Below are positions 37,991 to 46,859 of a stretch of 64,000 nt of DNA, one piece after another; the stretch's first letter is position 1; each line of letters opens with the position of its first letter. The notes under the pieces were generated by a model, which was not told where the DNA came from, did no database searches, and was given only the letters and a program-made list of their open reading frames with translations. Source of the DNA: an uncultured Methanosarcinales archaeon. Lineage in GTDB: Archaea; Nanobdellota; Nanobdellia; Woesearchaeales; ARS49. The position numbers and the translations under genes are program-made. The stretch is taken from contig CAZNDX010000001.1 of assembly GCA_964572035.1 (NCBI GenBank), positions 60,437-124,436 of the forward strand, given 5' to 3'.

Positions 37991-38559
37991 CAGAAAAGTT
38001 TTCCTCCCTGATAATTTGACTCCTTTTGGGACTCGTAATGCGCGTGACCCTTAAGCTCAACAAAAGAAAACTGAGCAAACCTAGCGCCAAGCTCAATCTC
38101 TCCATCCATAAAAGGCAACAGCATAAAAGCGTGATAACCCTTATAGCCCGCTTCAGTAAAACCACAACCAAGAATGCTTTGAGTCAGCCTAAACAAAGAA
38201 GTTCGAAGCGCGGCGTGAATCATTAAATCAGAAGGAGTATTAACCTCCTCACAAGTCAAAACAAAATAAGGCTTTAACTTCTCAAGCTTGACTGAACCAG
38301 AAGTCATAACAAATTTCTCCTTAACATCATAACCGTCAAGGCGATTCTCAAAACCTTTTAGCACAAAAGCGCGCCCGAGCTTAGGAGCACGATTATCCAA
38401 TTTGCTAACAGCGAGCTTACCCCCGTCAACAATCTCCACAACACACGCAAGACGAACATCAAAACCATTAGCAGTAAGCTGAGCGTCAATATCGGCATAA
38501 TTAGTAATCAGATTTTTTTCCAAAATCAACTGTTTCAACACATCCCTTGAAAGATTCAT
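37990..38559 (-). CDS. dcd: dCTP deaminase / dUTPase-superfamily protein
   Basis: FDVRLA, and GFTEAGYKGYHAFMLLPFMDGEIELGARFAQ resembling the Dcd/Dut beta-clip motifs. Confidence 0.65.
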   Translation of the reverse strand: MNLSRDVLKQLILEKNLITNYADIDAQLTANGFDVRLACVVEIVDGGKLAVSKLDNRAPKLGRAFVLKGFENRLDGYDVKEKFVMTSGSVKLEKLKPYFVLTCEEVNTPSDLMIHAALRTSLFRLTQSILGCGFTEAGYKGYHAFMLLPFMDGEIELGARFAQFSFVELKGHAHYESQKESNYQGGKLF

Positions 38560-38590
38560 AACAAAAAAACAGCCGAATTGCTATATAAAA

Positions 38591-39115
38591 TTACCCCAAA
38601 ACGCCGTATAAGAAAACCCTCGGAGCCTTTGAGTGATGATTGACCCTTTTAACAAAGTGACGCAGACCTTTGGCGTTGACAAGCGTCAGAGTATTCTTTT
38701 CAGCGATTACTCTGGCGACTTCCCCAGAATCACCAATAAAAGAAGAGTAACCACCCCACTCCTGCTCTCTAGGAACAATGTCAACCATAACAACAAAACC
38801 GGATTCAGGCTTCAAACTATCATAAAGCAAAGTGTAATCCTTGTGCTTGAACTTTCTCCACTCAAGTTGTTTGAATTTCAGCCGTTTTCCAGCGATTTTT
38901 GACAAGAAAGCCTCCAATTCTGATTTCCACACCGGACCTTTCGCAAAAGAGTATGAAAATTTCAACGGCTCATATTTTTGTTTCCATTTCAAACCCAAAA
39001 CATCAGCCAACGCGGAAGGCATCAAAACATCATTCAAAGAAACGACGCCCTTCTTTCTAAAAGAAGAAGAAATTTCATCAATCATTTCATCAAAACCTGA
39101 GTTAATTCTAGCCAT
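38591..39115 (-). CDS. DSBH-like protein resembling the non-catalytic C-terminal domain of Tpa1/OGFOD1-type hydroxylases
   Basis: Start taken at MARINSGFDEM (ATG 39113-39115), 8 nt before the stop of the upstream oxygenase gene and in a different frame. Beta-rich with no HxD...H triad. Confidence 0.35.
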   Translation of the reverse strand: MARINSGFDEMIDEISSSFRKKGVVSLNDVLMPSALADVLGLKWKQKYEPLKFSYSFAKGPVWKSELEAFLSKIAGKRLKFKQLEWRKFKHKDYTLLYDSLKPESGFVVMVDIVPREQEWGGYSSFIGDSGEVARVIAEKNTLTLVNAKGLRHFVKRVNHHSKAPRVFLYGVLG

Positions 39116-39701
39116 GGAACCACCCTGCGAAGCTAACACGCTTTTGACCAATGACTTCTTCCACTTCGTGAAGGGATTTATTTGAAACTTCAAAAATAGT
39201 TAACGTATTGAATCTTGGCACTATTCTTTTCACGACATTCTTACCCTTGAACAAAGCAAGCGCGCCGCCATTTTCATCCTTAAAATTCTCAGAAAGATTA
39301 ACGACGTAAGCTATTTTTCTGCCCTCCAAACGATCATCATGGGGCAACAAATAATCAGTATCGCCATAAATAAAACCAGACATATCTATCGATGTTAATT
39401 TTTTACCAGTTATCTCAGAAATGAATGACAGGAATTCACGCGAGCCGAAAAATTTGTGAAAATCCTGCACAACTTTGGTTTTAGCTTTACTGCAATCGTT
39501 TGTTTGATGAAACTGAAACAAATCACTATTCTGATAATGAAACTTCTCCTTGAGCAAGGCAGACTTCAATTCCTTCGCGTTTTTGAAAAAATTAGGCAAA
39601 ACAAGATGAGGAAAAGGTTTTGCTGACTTGAAATCTTTTTTTAACTCGGAAAGCTTGCCAACATAGGAATCAGACAACCAATTCATACAATCAAAATACA
39701 C
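39108..39701 (-). CDS. 2-oxoglutarate/Fe(II)-dependent oxygenase, Tpa1/OGFOD1-like catalytic domain
   Basis: N-terminal FPHLVLPNFF, HxD in LLPHDDRLEG, a distal His in SLHEVEEV, and RVSFAGWFHG (Arg-x-Ser 2OG-binding context). Confidence 0.6.
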   Translation of the reverse strand: MYFDCMNWLSDSYVGKLSELKKDFKSAKPFPHLVLPNFFKNAKELKSALLKEKFHYQNSDLFQFHQTNDCSKAKTKVVQDFHKFFGSREFLSFISEITGKKLTSIDMSGFIYGDTDYLLPHDDRLEGRKIAYVVNLSENFKDENGGALALFKGKNVVKRIVPRFNTLTIFEVSNKSLHEVEEVIGQKRVSFAGWFHG

Positions 39702-39765
39702 AACAAACCTTTTAAACCCTTTCGAAAAGAAAATGACTAAAACTCTGAAGAACGAACCTATGATC

Positions 39766-39779
39766 TCGCCCGAGGCGGA
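39766..39779 (+). repeat. 14-nt copy of the tRNA-Val 5' end (cgaacctatgatct) located 50 nt upstream of the intact gene
   Basis: Exact match to 39816-39829. The flanking sequence does not fold as a tRNA. Confidence 0.6.
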
Positions 39780-39816
39780 ATCACAGGCTCGACTATTGCA
39801 TAGGAAATTAGACTTC

Positions 39817-39888
39817 GAACCTATGATCTAGTGGTTAGGATGCCTCCTTCACAGGGAGGATGCCCCAGTTCGAATCTGGGTAGGTTCA
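39817..39888 (+). tRNA. tRNA-Val (anticodon CAC)
   Basis: Acceptor GAACCUA/UAGGUUC, D-stem AUCU/GGAU, anticodon stem CCUCC/GGAGG with loop UUCACAG, and T-arm CCCAG-UUCGAAU-CUGGG. Confidence 0.8.
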
Positions 39889-39946
39889 TTAAGCGAAACA
39901 GATTCGAAAGTCTAGCCACTTCGTGGCTATCCCCCGAACAAGTTCG

Positions 39947-39970
39947 GGGTTCGAATCTGGGTAGGTTCAT
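39947..39970 (+). repeat. 23-nt copy of the tRNA-Val 3' end (ggttcgaatctgggtaggttcat) 57 nt downstream of the intact gene
   Basis: Exact match to the 3' T-arm/acceptor of tRNA-Val. It is preceded by two perfect hairpins (tagccac-ttc-gtggcta and cccgaac-aa-gttcggg) but lacks a cloverleaf. Confidence 0.6.
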
Positions 39971-39972
39971 AA

Positions 39973-40043
39973 GGGGTTGTGGTCCAGTGGTAAGATACAA
40001 GGTTCGGGACCTTGTGACCGGAGTTCGATCCTCCGCAACCCCA
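39973..40043 (+). tRNA. tRNA-Pro (anticodon CGG)
   Basis: Acceptor GGGGUUG/CAACCCC, 3-bp D-stem with loop CAGUGGUAA, anticodon stem CAAGG/CCUUG with loop UUCGGGA, and T-arm CGGAG-UUCGAUC-CUCCG. Confidence 0.8.
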
Positions 40044-41186
40044 TCACATCTCGAACAAAGACTTCAAAACAACAGTGGCATAACTGCCCTTTTGCAAATA
40101 GAATGAGACAACAACTTTCTTGAAACCCTTATGGCGCTCATCATCTTTCACTTCAAAAGACAAACCTTCAGGAACAACAACCAAATCACGCTCTCTCGCG
40201 ATAAAAGAGTACTTTGAAGTAAAAAAGTCCTCCAACTTCATATCTTCCACCTTGAGAACACTTTTGATAATCTCCATATTCTCCTTTGAAGTTCTCATAT
40301 CACCAGCAATCAATGGGAATGTCCCAGACAGGGACAACTGCCTCGCGAAAAACAAGCTGCCCGCCTCATACTTCACTGAAAAAAACGATTTGGACGTTTG
40401 CTTAATGAGACGCATAACACACTCATTCCAAATGTACGCTTGATACGATGAGAAAAACAACTCACGAACACCGCCAAAAACTTTGTCAAGAGCGCCGTCA
40501 AAATCCTTTGGATTCTTCGCAAGATGAGAAACAATAGACATCTCACCAGTTCGCTCAAGACCTTCCTTTCTCAAATAACCCTCGCACAACGCCCATGCAC
40601 CCCAATGAGCAAGAATAAACTTCCTCGCGTTTCTAACTTTAGCTTTCTGATGACGATTTGTAGCAGTAACTACTTTTTTGACAGCTTCTTCAACTTCACC
40701 GCGCAAAACATCCTTGGCAATAAATCCATCCGTTCCCTTCAAACTGCCAAAACGCTGGCTGTCAAAATAATTCGGAACACCCTTCTTGACCCAATCAACA
40801 TTCTTTTGCGCCCTCTCAATCTCGCCATCCCTCAACGCGCGAATCGCAATGGTGAACTTATTGCCTTTCAAACTGCCAGTTTTCAACATTTCATCAGAAA
40901 AACCAGCCAGTTCAGACTTCACGTTCTTCTCTTCAAACACTCCTTTTTGCGGGTCATCCGTTTCAACAGAAAAAAATTGAGAAGTTCTCGCGTGAGTATC
41001 CTTAAGACCAGCCACACCAATTCGCTTAAAGTTAACACCGCAACGCTTCGCCAAAACTTTCTCAGCGGCGAAAGTAGTCATATTAACCTTTGAAAGACGG
41101 AACACAGGGTACTTGCCCTTTGGTTTAATATCTACACTAGGCACTTCCTCAACAACGAAATCATCAGGAATTTCACGAAGCCTCAT
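40044..41186 (-). CDS. truD: tRNA pseudouridine synthase TruD/Pus7-like, paralog 2
   Basis: MRLREIPDDFVVEEV start (the track ORF is extended 40 codons upstream from a TTG). Motif II VAGLKDTHARTSQFFSV. The C-terminus resembles paralog 1. Start coordinate is +/-1. Confidence 0.8.
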   Translation of the reverse strand: MRLREIPDDFVVEEVPSVDIKPKGKYPVFRLSKVNMTTFAAEKVLAKRCGVNFKRIGVAGLKDTHARTSQFFSVETDDPQKGVFEEKNVKSELAGFSDEMLKTGSLKGNKFTIAIRALRDGEIERAQKNVDWVKKGVPNYFDSQRFGSLKGTDGFIAKDVLRGEVEEAVKKVVTATNRHQKAKVRNARKFILAHWGAWALCEGYLRKEGLERTGEMSIVSHLAKNPKDFDGALDKVFGGVRELFFSSYQAYIWNECVMRLIKQTSKSFFSVKYEAGSLFFARQLSLSGTFPLIAGDMRTSKENMEIIKSVLKVEDMKLEDFFTSKYSFIARERDLVVVPEGLSFEVKDDERHKGFKKVVVSFYLQKGSYATVVLKSLFEM

Positions 41187-41265
41187 ACGACGAAAATATA
41201 GGCACCAGTTTAAAAACCAATAGGTATAAAAACGAGCGACAGGGAATTGGAAAGCGAGTGACGAC

Positions 41266-41754
41266 ATGAACTTAAAGCATATAGTCTTTGAACAAACAAG
41301 CCTCAAATATTACCGACAGCTGGAAGAATACTGGGGCGACAACAGACGCAAAAAAGAAGGAGAGAACTACGCGAGAATAATACAAACAATAACAGATGAC
41401 GACCCAGAACGCCTTCTAAGAACCTTCTTTTCTTTGCCAATAACAGGAACAATAAACGTAAGGCACCCAGACAACCTCTGGCTAAAATTCCCATTATGCG
41501 ACGGGGAACCAGAAAATCTGGAAGCAGTTTGCGACTTCATAATGAACGACCCAGGAAGCAAAAACTTCCTTGAAATTGTGTTCTTACACAGAGGCCACGG
41601 ATACATAGAATTCGCCAAAGACAGGGAAAAACTTTACGCCTACAAAATCAACATAAACAAAAGACAACTGAAATTATTCAGCATAATAGGCGAAAAACCC
41701 CGCAACGGATTATACACACAAGGACTTCTTCTTCCGCCCGCGAAAACTATATAA
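41266..41754 (+). CDS. hypothetical protein
   Basis: 162-aa ORF divergent from truD. Confidence 0.4.
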   Translation: MNLKHIVFEQTSLKYYRQLEEYWGDNRRKKEGENYARIIQTITDDDPERLLRTFFSLPITGTINVRHPDNLWLKFPLCDGEPENLEAVCDFIMNDPGSKNFLEIVFLHRGHGYIEFAKDREKLYAYKININKRQLKLFSIIGEKPRNGLYTQGLLLPPAKTI

Positions 41755-41784
41755 ACGCACTTACGCTTGATGTCCTGAAAAGAG

Positions 41785-42078
41785 ATGAAACTAACAATAG
41801 ACACAAAACTTGATTCTAAAGAGGAAATACGCAAAGCAATCAAACTCTTGATGGGCATAGTTGGAGGCGCTCACGAAGTCTACAGCAACGAACTTCCGGA
41901 AGGGCCAAAACCAATCAGCCCGCCAAACATTTTTGAAAACCCTCCAAGCAACGGCTCAAATTTCATGAACATGTTTGACGTTCCAACGCCAACAGAAACG
42001 CCACAAACAACAACTCTTGCACCTCAACAACCAGAAGAACAAAAAGAGGACGATATTCCTTCGCTAGAGTTCTACTAA
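41785..42078 (+). CDS. hypothetical acidic, Pro-rich protein
   Basis: 97 aa. The C-terminal half is low-complexity (PTPTETPQTTTLAPQQPEEQKEDD). Confidence 0.35.
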   Translation: MKLTIDTKLDSKEEIRKAIKLLMGIVGGAHEVYSNELPEGPKPISPPNIFENPPSNGSNFMNMFDVPTPTETPQTTTLAPQQPEEQKEDDIPSLEFY

Positions 42079-42079
42079 A

Positions 42080-42550
42080 ATGGCAAAAATAGAAGAAATA
42101 GCGACGGATGTCAGAATTCTTCGCGAGAGATTGGTTGAAAAAATACCTGCACATTTCACAATAAGACAGGTGGTCGTGGCATTCTTTGGAGCCCTCTTTT
42201 TTGGATTCACCTTCGTTCTCAAAGGATTACTGCTGGACGTAGGGCTAAGACTTGACACGCTACAACTCGCGCTAATAACACTTTGCACCTGGATAATACT
42301 CACCGCAGAGATTTACTTCGTCGGATACCACCGAGTTCCAGACAAAAACAAAAGACACTTCGGACAATTCTGGGCAAAAAGATTCTTCACATACTACTTC
42401 ATCTCGCTATTTGTAGCTTACCTGCTGCTGTCAGTTTACGGAATCACCGCAATAGCCGGAAGCGCGGCAAACATGGCGAAACTGGTTGTCGCAGTAAGTT
42501 TCCCGGCAGCAATTGGAGCAGCGGCGTCAGACCTTCTAGGCAAATACTAA
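42080..42550 (+). CDS. hypothetical membrane protein (4 TM)
   Basis: 156 aa. It starts 2 nt after the previous stop. Confidence 0.4.
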   Translation: MAKIEEIATDVRILRERLVEKIPAHFTIRQVVVAFFGALFFGFTFVLKGLLLDVGLRLDTLQLALITLCTWIILTAEIYFVGYHRVPDKNKRHFGQFWAKRFFTYYFISLFVAYLLLSVYGITAIAGSAANMAKLVVAVSFPAAIGAAASDLLGKY

Positions 42551-42601
42551 TTCTTGTACAGTTTAGAAAAGCATAAAAGCAACTGATTAAGCCAAAATAT
42601 T

Positions 42602-43213
42602 ATGAAAGGGGCGTTTATCGCAGTTGAAGGAATTGACGGATGCGGAAAAGGAACTGTACTGACAAGACTCGCCGCAGACGTATTCAACCACAACAAAGAC
42701 TACAACATATTCCTAACAAGAGAGCCATACAAAAGAGACTGGGTAAAAAAATTCTTATCACAACTAGACCCCGTATCACAAGGCGAGCAGGCAGTGTCCT
42801 TATTTGTTGAGGACCGCAAGAAGCACCTAAAAGTCGTTGAACCACTGCTGAACAAAGGAGCAATAGTTCTCTGCGACAGATACCTGCACTCAACATTCGC
42901 CTACCAAATGGCACAAGGCATCAGCTTCGAGAAAATAAAAAAACTGCACACTGACATCAGAATGCCAGACCTTTGCATAATCATAGACATACCCGCGAGC
43001 GAATCAGTAAAAAGAATAGCTACGGGCAGAGAAAACACGCACGCATTTGAGCGAGAAGAATTTTTGGCCAAAGTAAGGGAAAATTATTTGAAAGTTGGAA
43101 AGGATTTGCACCACAACTGCCACACTGTGGACGGCAACAGAGACAGAGATTCCGTTTACAACGACGTGAAAAAAATAGTCATTTCTTTCTTGGAATCACG
43201 TAAAGATTTATAA
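42602..43213 (+). CDS. tmk: thymidylate kinase
   Basis: AFIAVEGIDGCGKGT P-loop, DRY motif (CDRYLHS), and a lid region. Confidence 0.9.
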   Translation: MKGAFIAVEGIDGCGKGTVLTRLAADVFNHNKDYNIFLTREPYKRDWVKKFLSQLDPVSQGEQAVSLFVEDRKKHLKVVEPLLNKGAIVLCDRYLHSTFAYQMAQGISFEKIKKLHTDIRMPDLCIIIDIPASESVKRIATGRENTHAFEREEFLAKVRENYLKVGKDLHHNCHTVDGNRDRDSVYNDVKKIVISFLESRKDL

Positions 43214-43237
43214 AAGCACCAAACGGCTTTAACAAGC

Positions 43238-43657
43238 ATGCCATACAAATTCCTAGAAGACGTCACATACGCAGACGTAGCGTTTGAAGCAAAAGGAAAA
43301 ACACTCAGCGAACTATTCCGCGAATCAGCTCTAGCGTTATTTGAAAGCATGGCAAATACTCAAACCGTCAAATCAGAGATAACAAAAGAAATAACACTCA
43401 GCGCCGACACAATAGAAAGACTGCTGTTTGAGTTTTTGGAAGACATAGTAGTAATGAAAGACACTGACGTAATGGTATTTCACGACTTAGATGTCACCGT
43501 TGATGAAGCAAAAAAAAGCGTCCACGCGACTCTACACGGCGACAAAATAAACCACCAAACACAAGAGCTGCACCAAGACGTCAAAGCGGTAACAATGCAC
43601 TATTTTAAAGTTGAAAAACAAAAAGAATGGACAGCGCGCGTGGTGCTCGACATATGA
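43238..43657 (+). CDS. archease (RtcB activator)
   Basis: MPYKFLEDVTYADVAFEAKGKTLSELF matches the archease N-terminal signature. It lies immediately upstream of rtcB with ATGA overlap. Confidence 0.85.
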   Translation: MPYKFLEDVTYADVAFEAKGKTLSELFRESALALFESMANTQTVKSEITKEITLSADTIERLLFEFLEDIVVMKDTDVMVFHDLDVTVDEAKKSVHATLHGDKINHQTQELHQDVKAVTMHYFKVEKQKEWTARVVLDI

Positions 43658-45105
43658 TAAACCGAAACATCGAAAAGCCAAAACTGGAAAGAAGCGGAGA
43701 CTACACCTGGGACATTCCAACAACATACAAAAAAGGAATGAAAGTCCCAGGAAGAATATACGCAAGCGAGGAATTAGTCAAAGAAATGGACCTCGCAGTA
43801 TTCGACCAACTGTCAAACGTAGCCTGCCTGCCAGGAATACAAGACTACGCATTCTGCATGCCAGACGCCCACTCAGGATACGGATTTCCAATCGGAGGAG
43901 TCGCGGCATTCGACCCAGAAAAAGGAATCATATCACCAGGCGGAATAGGATTTGACATCAACTGCGGAATGAGACTCGTTACAACTAATCTAACTTACAA
44001 AGATGTCAAGGACAAACTGCACAAACTTGTGGACTTGCTTTTTGAAAGAGTGCCATCAGGAGTAGGATGCACAGGATTCGTAAAGCTCGCGCGAGGCGGA
44101 TTCAAAACAGTAATGGAACAGGGAAGCAAATGGTGCGTTGACAACGGATACGGATGGACAGAGGATTTGGAAAGAACGGAGGATAACGGATGCTTCCCAT
44201 TCGCCGACGCAAGCAACGTATCAGACAAAGCAACAGGCAGAGGAATGAACCAACTAGGCACTCTTGGAAGCGGAAATCACTATCTCGAAATTCAAAGAGC
44301 GGCAGACATAGCAGACGAGAAAATCGCCGAGAAACTCGGCATTTACAAAAAAGACCAAATCTGCGTAATGATACACTGCGGAAGTAGAGGATTCGGACAC
44401 CAAATTGGAACAGATTATTTGAAAAAATTCACGGACGTAATGCCAAAATACAACATCTCAGTCAAAGACCCAGAACTCGCATGCGCGCCGTTCAACAGCA
44501 AAGAAGGACAAGCGTACTTCTCAGCAATGGCGTGCGCGGCAAACACAGCATTCGCAAACAGACAAGTCATACTCCATAGAGTAAGAGAAGTGTTCTCAAA
44601 AGTATTCGAACAAAGCGCCGAGAAATTGGATATGAACCTGGTTTATGACGTGGCTCACAATACGGCAAAACTGGAAGAACACGACGGACGCAAACTAGTG
44701 GTTCACAGAAAAGGAGCCACAAGAGCATTCGGACCCGGACGCAAAGAGCTGGCTCCACTCTTTAGAAAAATCGGACAACCAGTTATACTTGGCGGCTCAA
44801 TGGAAACAGGAAGCTACCTGCTCCTCGGAACAGAAGGAGCCATGAAGCAAACATACGGCTCAACAGCCCACGGAAGCGGAAGAACAATGAGCAGAACACA
44901 AGCAAGACGGGAAGTCAAAGGGCAGGAACTGCAAAAAGAAATGGAAAAACACGGCATATATGTCAGAACAGCAAGCTACTCAGGACTCGCCGAGGAAGCG
45001 GGAAAAGCGTACAAACCAATCTCAGAAGTTGTTGACGTGCTGCACAATTCAGGAATTTCTAAAAAACTAGTAGCGTTCAAACCAATAGGAAACGTCAAAG
45101 GCTAA
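43654..45105 (+). CDS. rtcB: RNA-splicing ligase RtcB
   Basis: Start at MINRNIEK (track ORF over-extended). Motifs include PDAHSGYGFPIGGV, GSGNHY, HCGSRGFGHQ and the STAHGSGR region with the catalytic His. Confidence 0.9.
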   Translation: MINRNIEKPKLERSGDYTWDIPTTYKKGMKVPGRIYASEELVKEMDLAVFDQLSNVACLPGIQDYAFCMPDAHSGYGFPIGGVAAFDPEKGIISPGGIGFDINCGMRLVTTNLTYKDVKDKLHKLVDLLFERVPSGVGCTGFVKLARGGFKTVMEQGSKWCVDNGYGWTEDLERTEDNGCFPFADASNVSDKATGRGMNQLGTLGSGNHYLEIQRAADIADEKIAEKLGIYKKDQICVMIHCGSRGFGHQIGTDYLKKFTDVMPKYNISVKDPELACAPFNSKEGQAYFSAMACAANTAFANRQVILHRVREVFSKVFEQSAEKLDMNLVYDVAHNTAKLEEHDGRKLVVHRKGATRAFGPGRKELAPLFRKIGQPVILGGSMETGSYLLLGTEGAMKQTYGSTAHGSGRTMSRTQARREVKGQELQKEMEKHGIYVRTASYSGLAEEAGKAYKPISEVVDVLHNSGISKKLVAFKPIGNVKG

Positions 45106-46257
45106 CTATTTAATAAAACCAAGAACAATATTGACGATTATTAAAGCCGCAAGAGTAAAGCTAACAAAAGACCAAATTCTCAAACCATGCCTCTTTGAAA
45201 CCTTAAGGCAAACAAGCTGGAACATCCTTCCGCCATCAAGAGGCCCCAAAGGAAGAAGATTGAACAAGCCAATACCCAGATTGAGCATAAAGAGCCAAAA
45301 CAAAAGACCTGAGGACCACTTCACAACAGGAGGCGCCCAGTTTCCGTAAGAACCAGCGAACTCAGAATTTGGAACACTATACGGTCTTGCAGATATTCCC
45401 AAAGTTTTAGACTCATTAAGCACCACTGAAAACAAAGAATCCCGAGTCTTAAGAGAAACAACTTCACCAGACGAATAACTCTCAAGCTTTGAACTCATCT
45501 CCTTAACATTCAAAACACGCTCGCCATCAACATGCGTTATAATTTCTCCAACATTCATTCCCGCCAAAGCCGCGCGAGAACCATCCGCAACAGTCACAAC
45601 CTCAACACCAACAGGAGAATAAGCGGCGCTCAACAAAGGAGACATCGCAAAAAACAAACCAAGAGCGAACAAAGCGAAAACCATATTCGCCATCGGACCC
45701 GCGGCGAAAACGGCAAGCCTTGCCCTCTTTGACTTACGATTCAAAACTTCCTCATCAGGCTCAACAAAAGCAGCAGGAACAACCGGCAAAACAAGGCACA
45801 AGAAAGCGAAACCGCTGCTCTTAACAGGAATACGATGCGCGAAAGACAACATACCATGAGCGAACTCGTGAGCAATAGCAAGAAGGAAAATGCTGATAAT
45901 CCAATAAGAGAAAGGAACAAAGAAAATTCCGTCAGCCTGCACTGGAAGAACAGGAGCGATACCTGGAGCCGCTCCACCAATGAATACCTTAACAGAAGAC
46001 CAGACAAGCTCGAGCGTGATTAAAATCATACCCAAAAAGCCAAGAACAATTCCAACGTCGCCAAAAATTCTCACCAAACGAGGATATTTCTTCGCGACCT
46101 TCTCCATCCAGTCAACGCCCCACTTGGACTTATACATTACAACGTAAATAATCGGAAAAAGGGCGCGCTGCAAAGTCAAGCGCTTTCGCTTAACCAACAA
46201 AAAAATACCAAGAAGAACAGCAAACACAATCGCCGCAATCGTGTCAGGACTCATCAC
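45106..46257 (-). CDS. site-2 protease (M50 family intramembrane zinc metalloprotease) with PDZ domain
   Basis: HEFAHGM (HExxH) inside a TM helix, the LDGG motif (LPLGPLDGGRM), and a central PDZ-like segment. GTG start at 46255-46257. Confidence 0.8.
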   Translation of the reverse strand: MMSPDTIAAIVFAVLLGIFLLVKRKRLTLQRALFPIIYVVMYKSKWGVDWMEKVAKKYPRLVRIFGDVGIVLGFLGMILITLELVWSSVKVFIGGAAPGIAPVLPVQADGIFFVPFSYWIISIFLLAIAHEFAHGMLSFAHRIPVKSSGFAFLCLVLPVVPAAFVEPDEEVLNRKSKRARLAVFAAGPMANMVFALFALGLFFAMSPLLSAAYSPVGVEVVTVADGSRAALAGMNVGEIITHVDGERVLNVKEMSSKLESYSSGEVVSLKTRDSLFSVVLNESKTLGISARPYSVPNSEFAGSYGNWAPPVVKWSSGLLFWLFMLNLGIGLFNLLPLGPLDGGRMFQLVCLKVSKRHGLRIWSFVSFTLAALIIVNIVLGFIK

Positions 46258-46415
46258 TTCTTACGCTTCGGCTTGAGCTTTTTATAATTACACTTGCGAC
46301 ACTTGACAAGGCCTTCAGCGATCATACGGGCAGAGGCTCTCTTAACCGACTTGCACTTGCGGCAAACAAACTTGTTCTTGAAAATTCGCGCGTCCGCCTC
46401 AGGGAACTTGACCAT
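46254..46415 (-). CDS. rpl40e: 50S ribosomal protein L40e
   Basis: 53-aa ORF missed by the track: MVKFPEADARIFKNKFVCRKCKSVKRASARMIAEGLVKCRKCNYKKLKPKRKK. The C4 zinc ribbon and basic tail are typical of L40e. Its stop overlaps the S2P start, and its start overlaps the aIF5A stop. Confidence 0.7.
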   Translation of the reverse strand: MVKFPEADARIFKNKFVCRKCKSVKRASARMIAEGLVKCRKCNYKKLKPKRKK

Positions 46416-46819
46416 TATTCATCCGCCCCCTGCTTTAGCTGTTTCATAACTTTCTCGCCCATAATAACCCAATAAAGGATTTTGCAATTTGGAACAACCT
46501 GATCCTTCATTTCCTCAGGAATCTTAAGGTCAAAAGTCTCAAAAGAAGTCTCATCCATAACGTTGGCGATGTCGCCAGTAACGGACAAAACTTGAGCAGT
46601 ATTTTTATCAATAAGAGGAACTTCAACGTTATCGTGCGCAGGCATAACAACTTCGCGCTTCTTCTCATCCAGAAGACCAATAGCCACAATGCGAACCTTC
46701 GCGTGACCGTGCTTTCCAGATTTTGAGGTATCCGTGCTAGAAATTCTGCAAGGAGCGCCATCAACCATAATGTAGCTGCCCTCCTTCAAGGTTCCCGCAC
46801 TAACAACTTTCGTTGACAT
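46415..46819 (-). CDS. eif5a: translation initiation factor 5A (aIF-5A)
   Basis: STKVVSAGTLKEGSYIMVDGAPCRI...SKSGKHGHAKV contains the hypusination loop (GKHG) and an OB-fold C-terminus. Confidence 0.9.
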   Translation of the reverse strand: MSTKVVSAGTLKEGSYIMVDGAPCRISSTDTSKSGKHGHAKVRIVAIGLLDEKKREVVMPAHDNVEVPLIDKNTAQVLSVTGDIANVMDETSFETFDLKIPEEMKDQVVPNCKILYWVIMGEKVMKQLKQGADE

Positions 46820-46859
46820 AACAACGAAAAGAAAAGAAGGGGTTTAAAAAGGTTACTAT

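Noticed and set aside
39760-39816. Possible additional tRNA gene starting with the upstream copy of the tRNA-Val 5' end
   Set aside because: Downstream of the 14-nt copy the sequence cannot form D, anticodon or T arms. Only short hairpins are present (tcgcc-cga-ggcgg).
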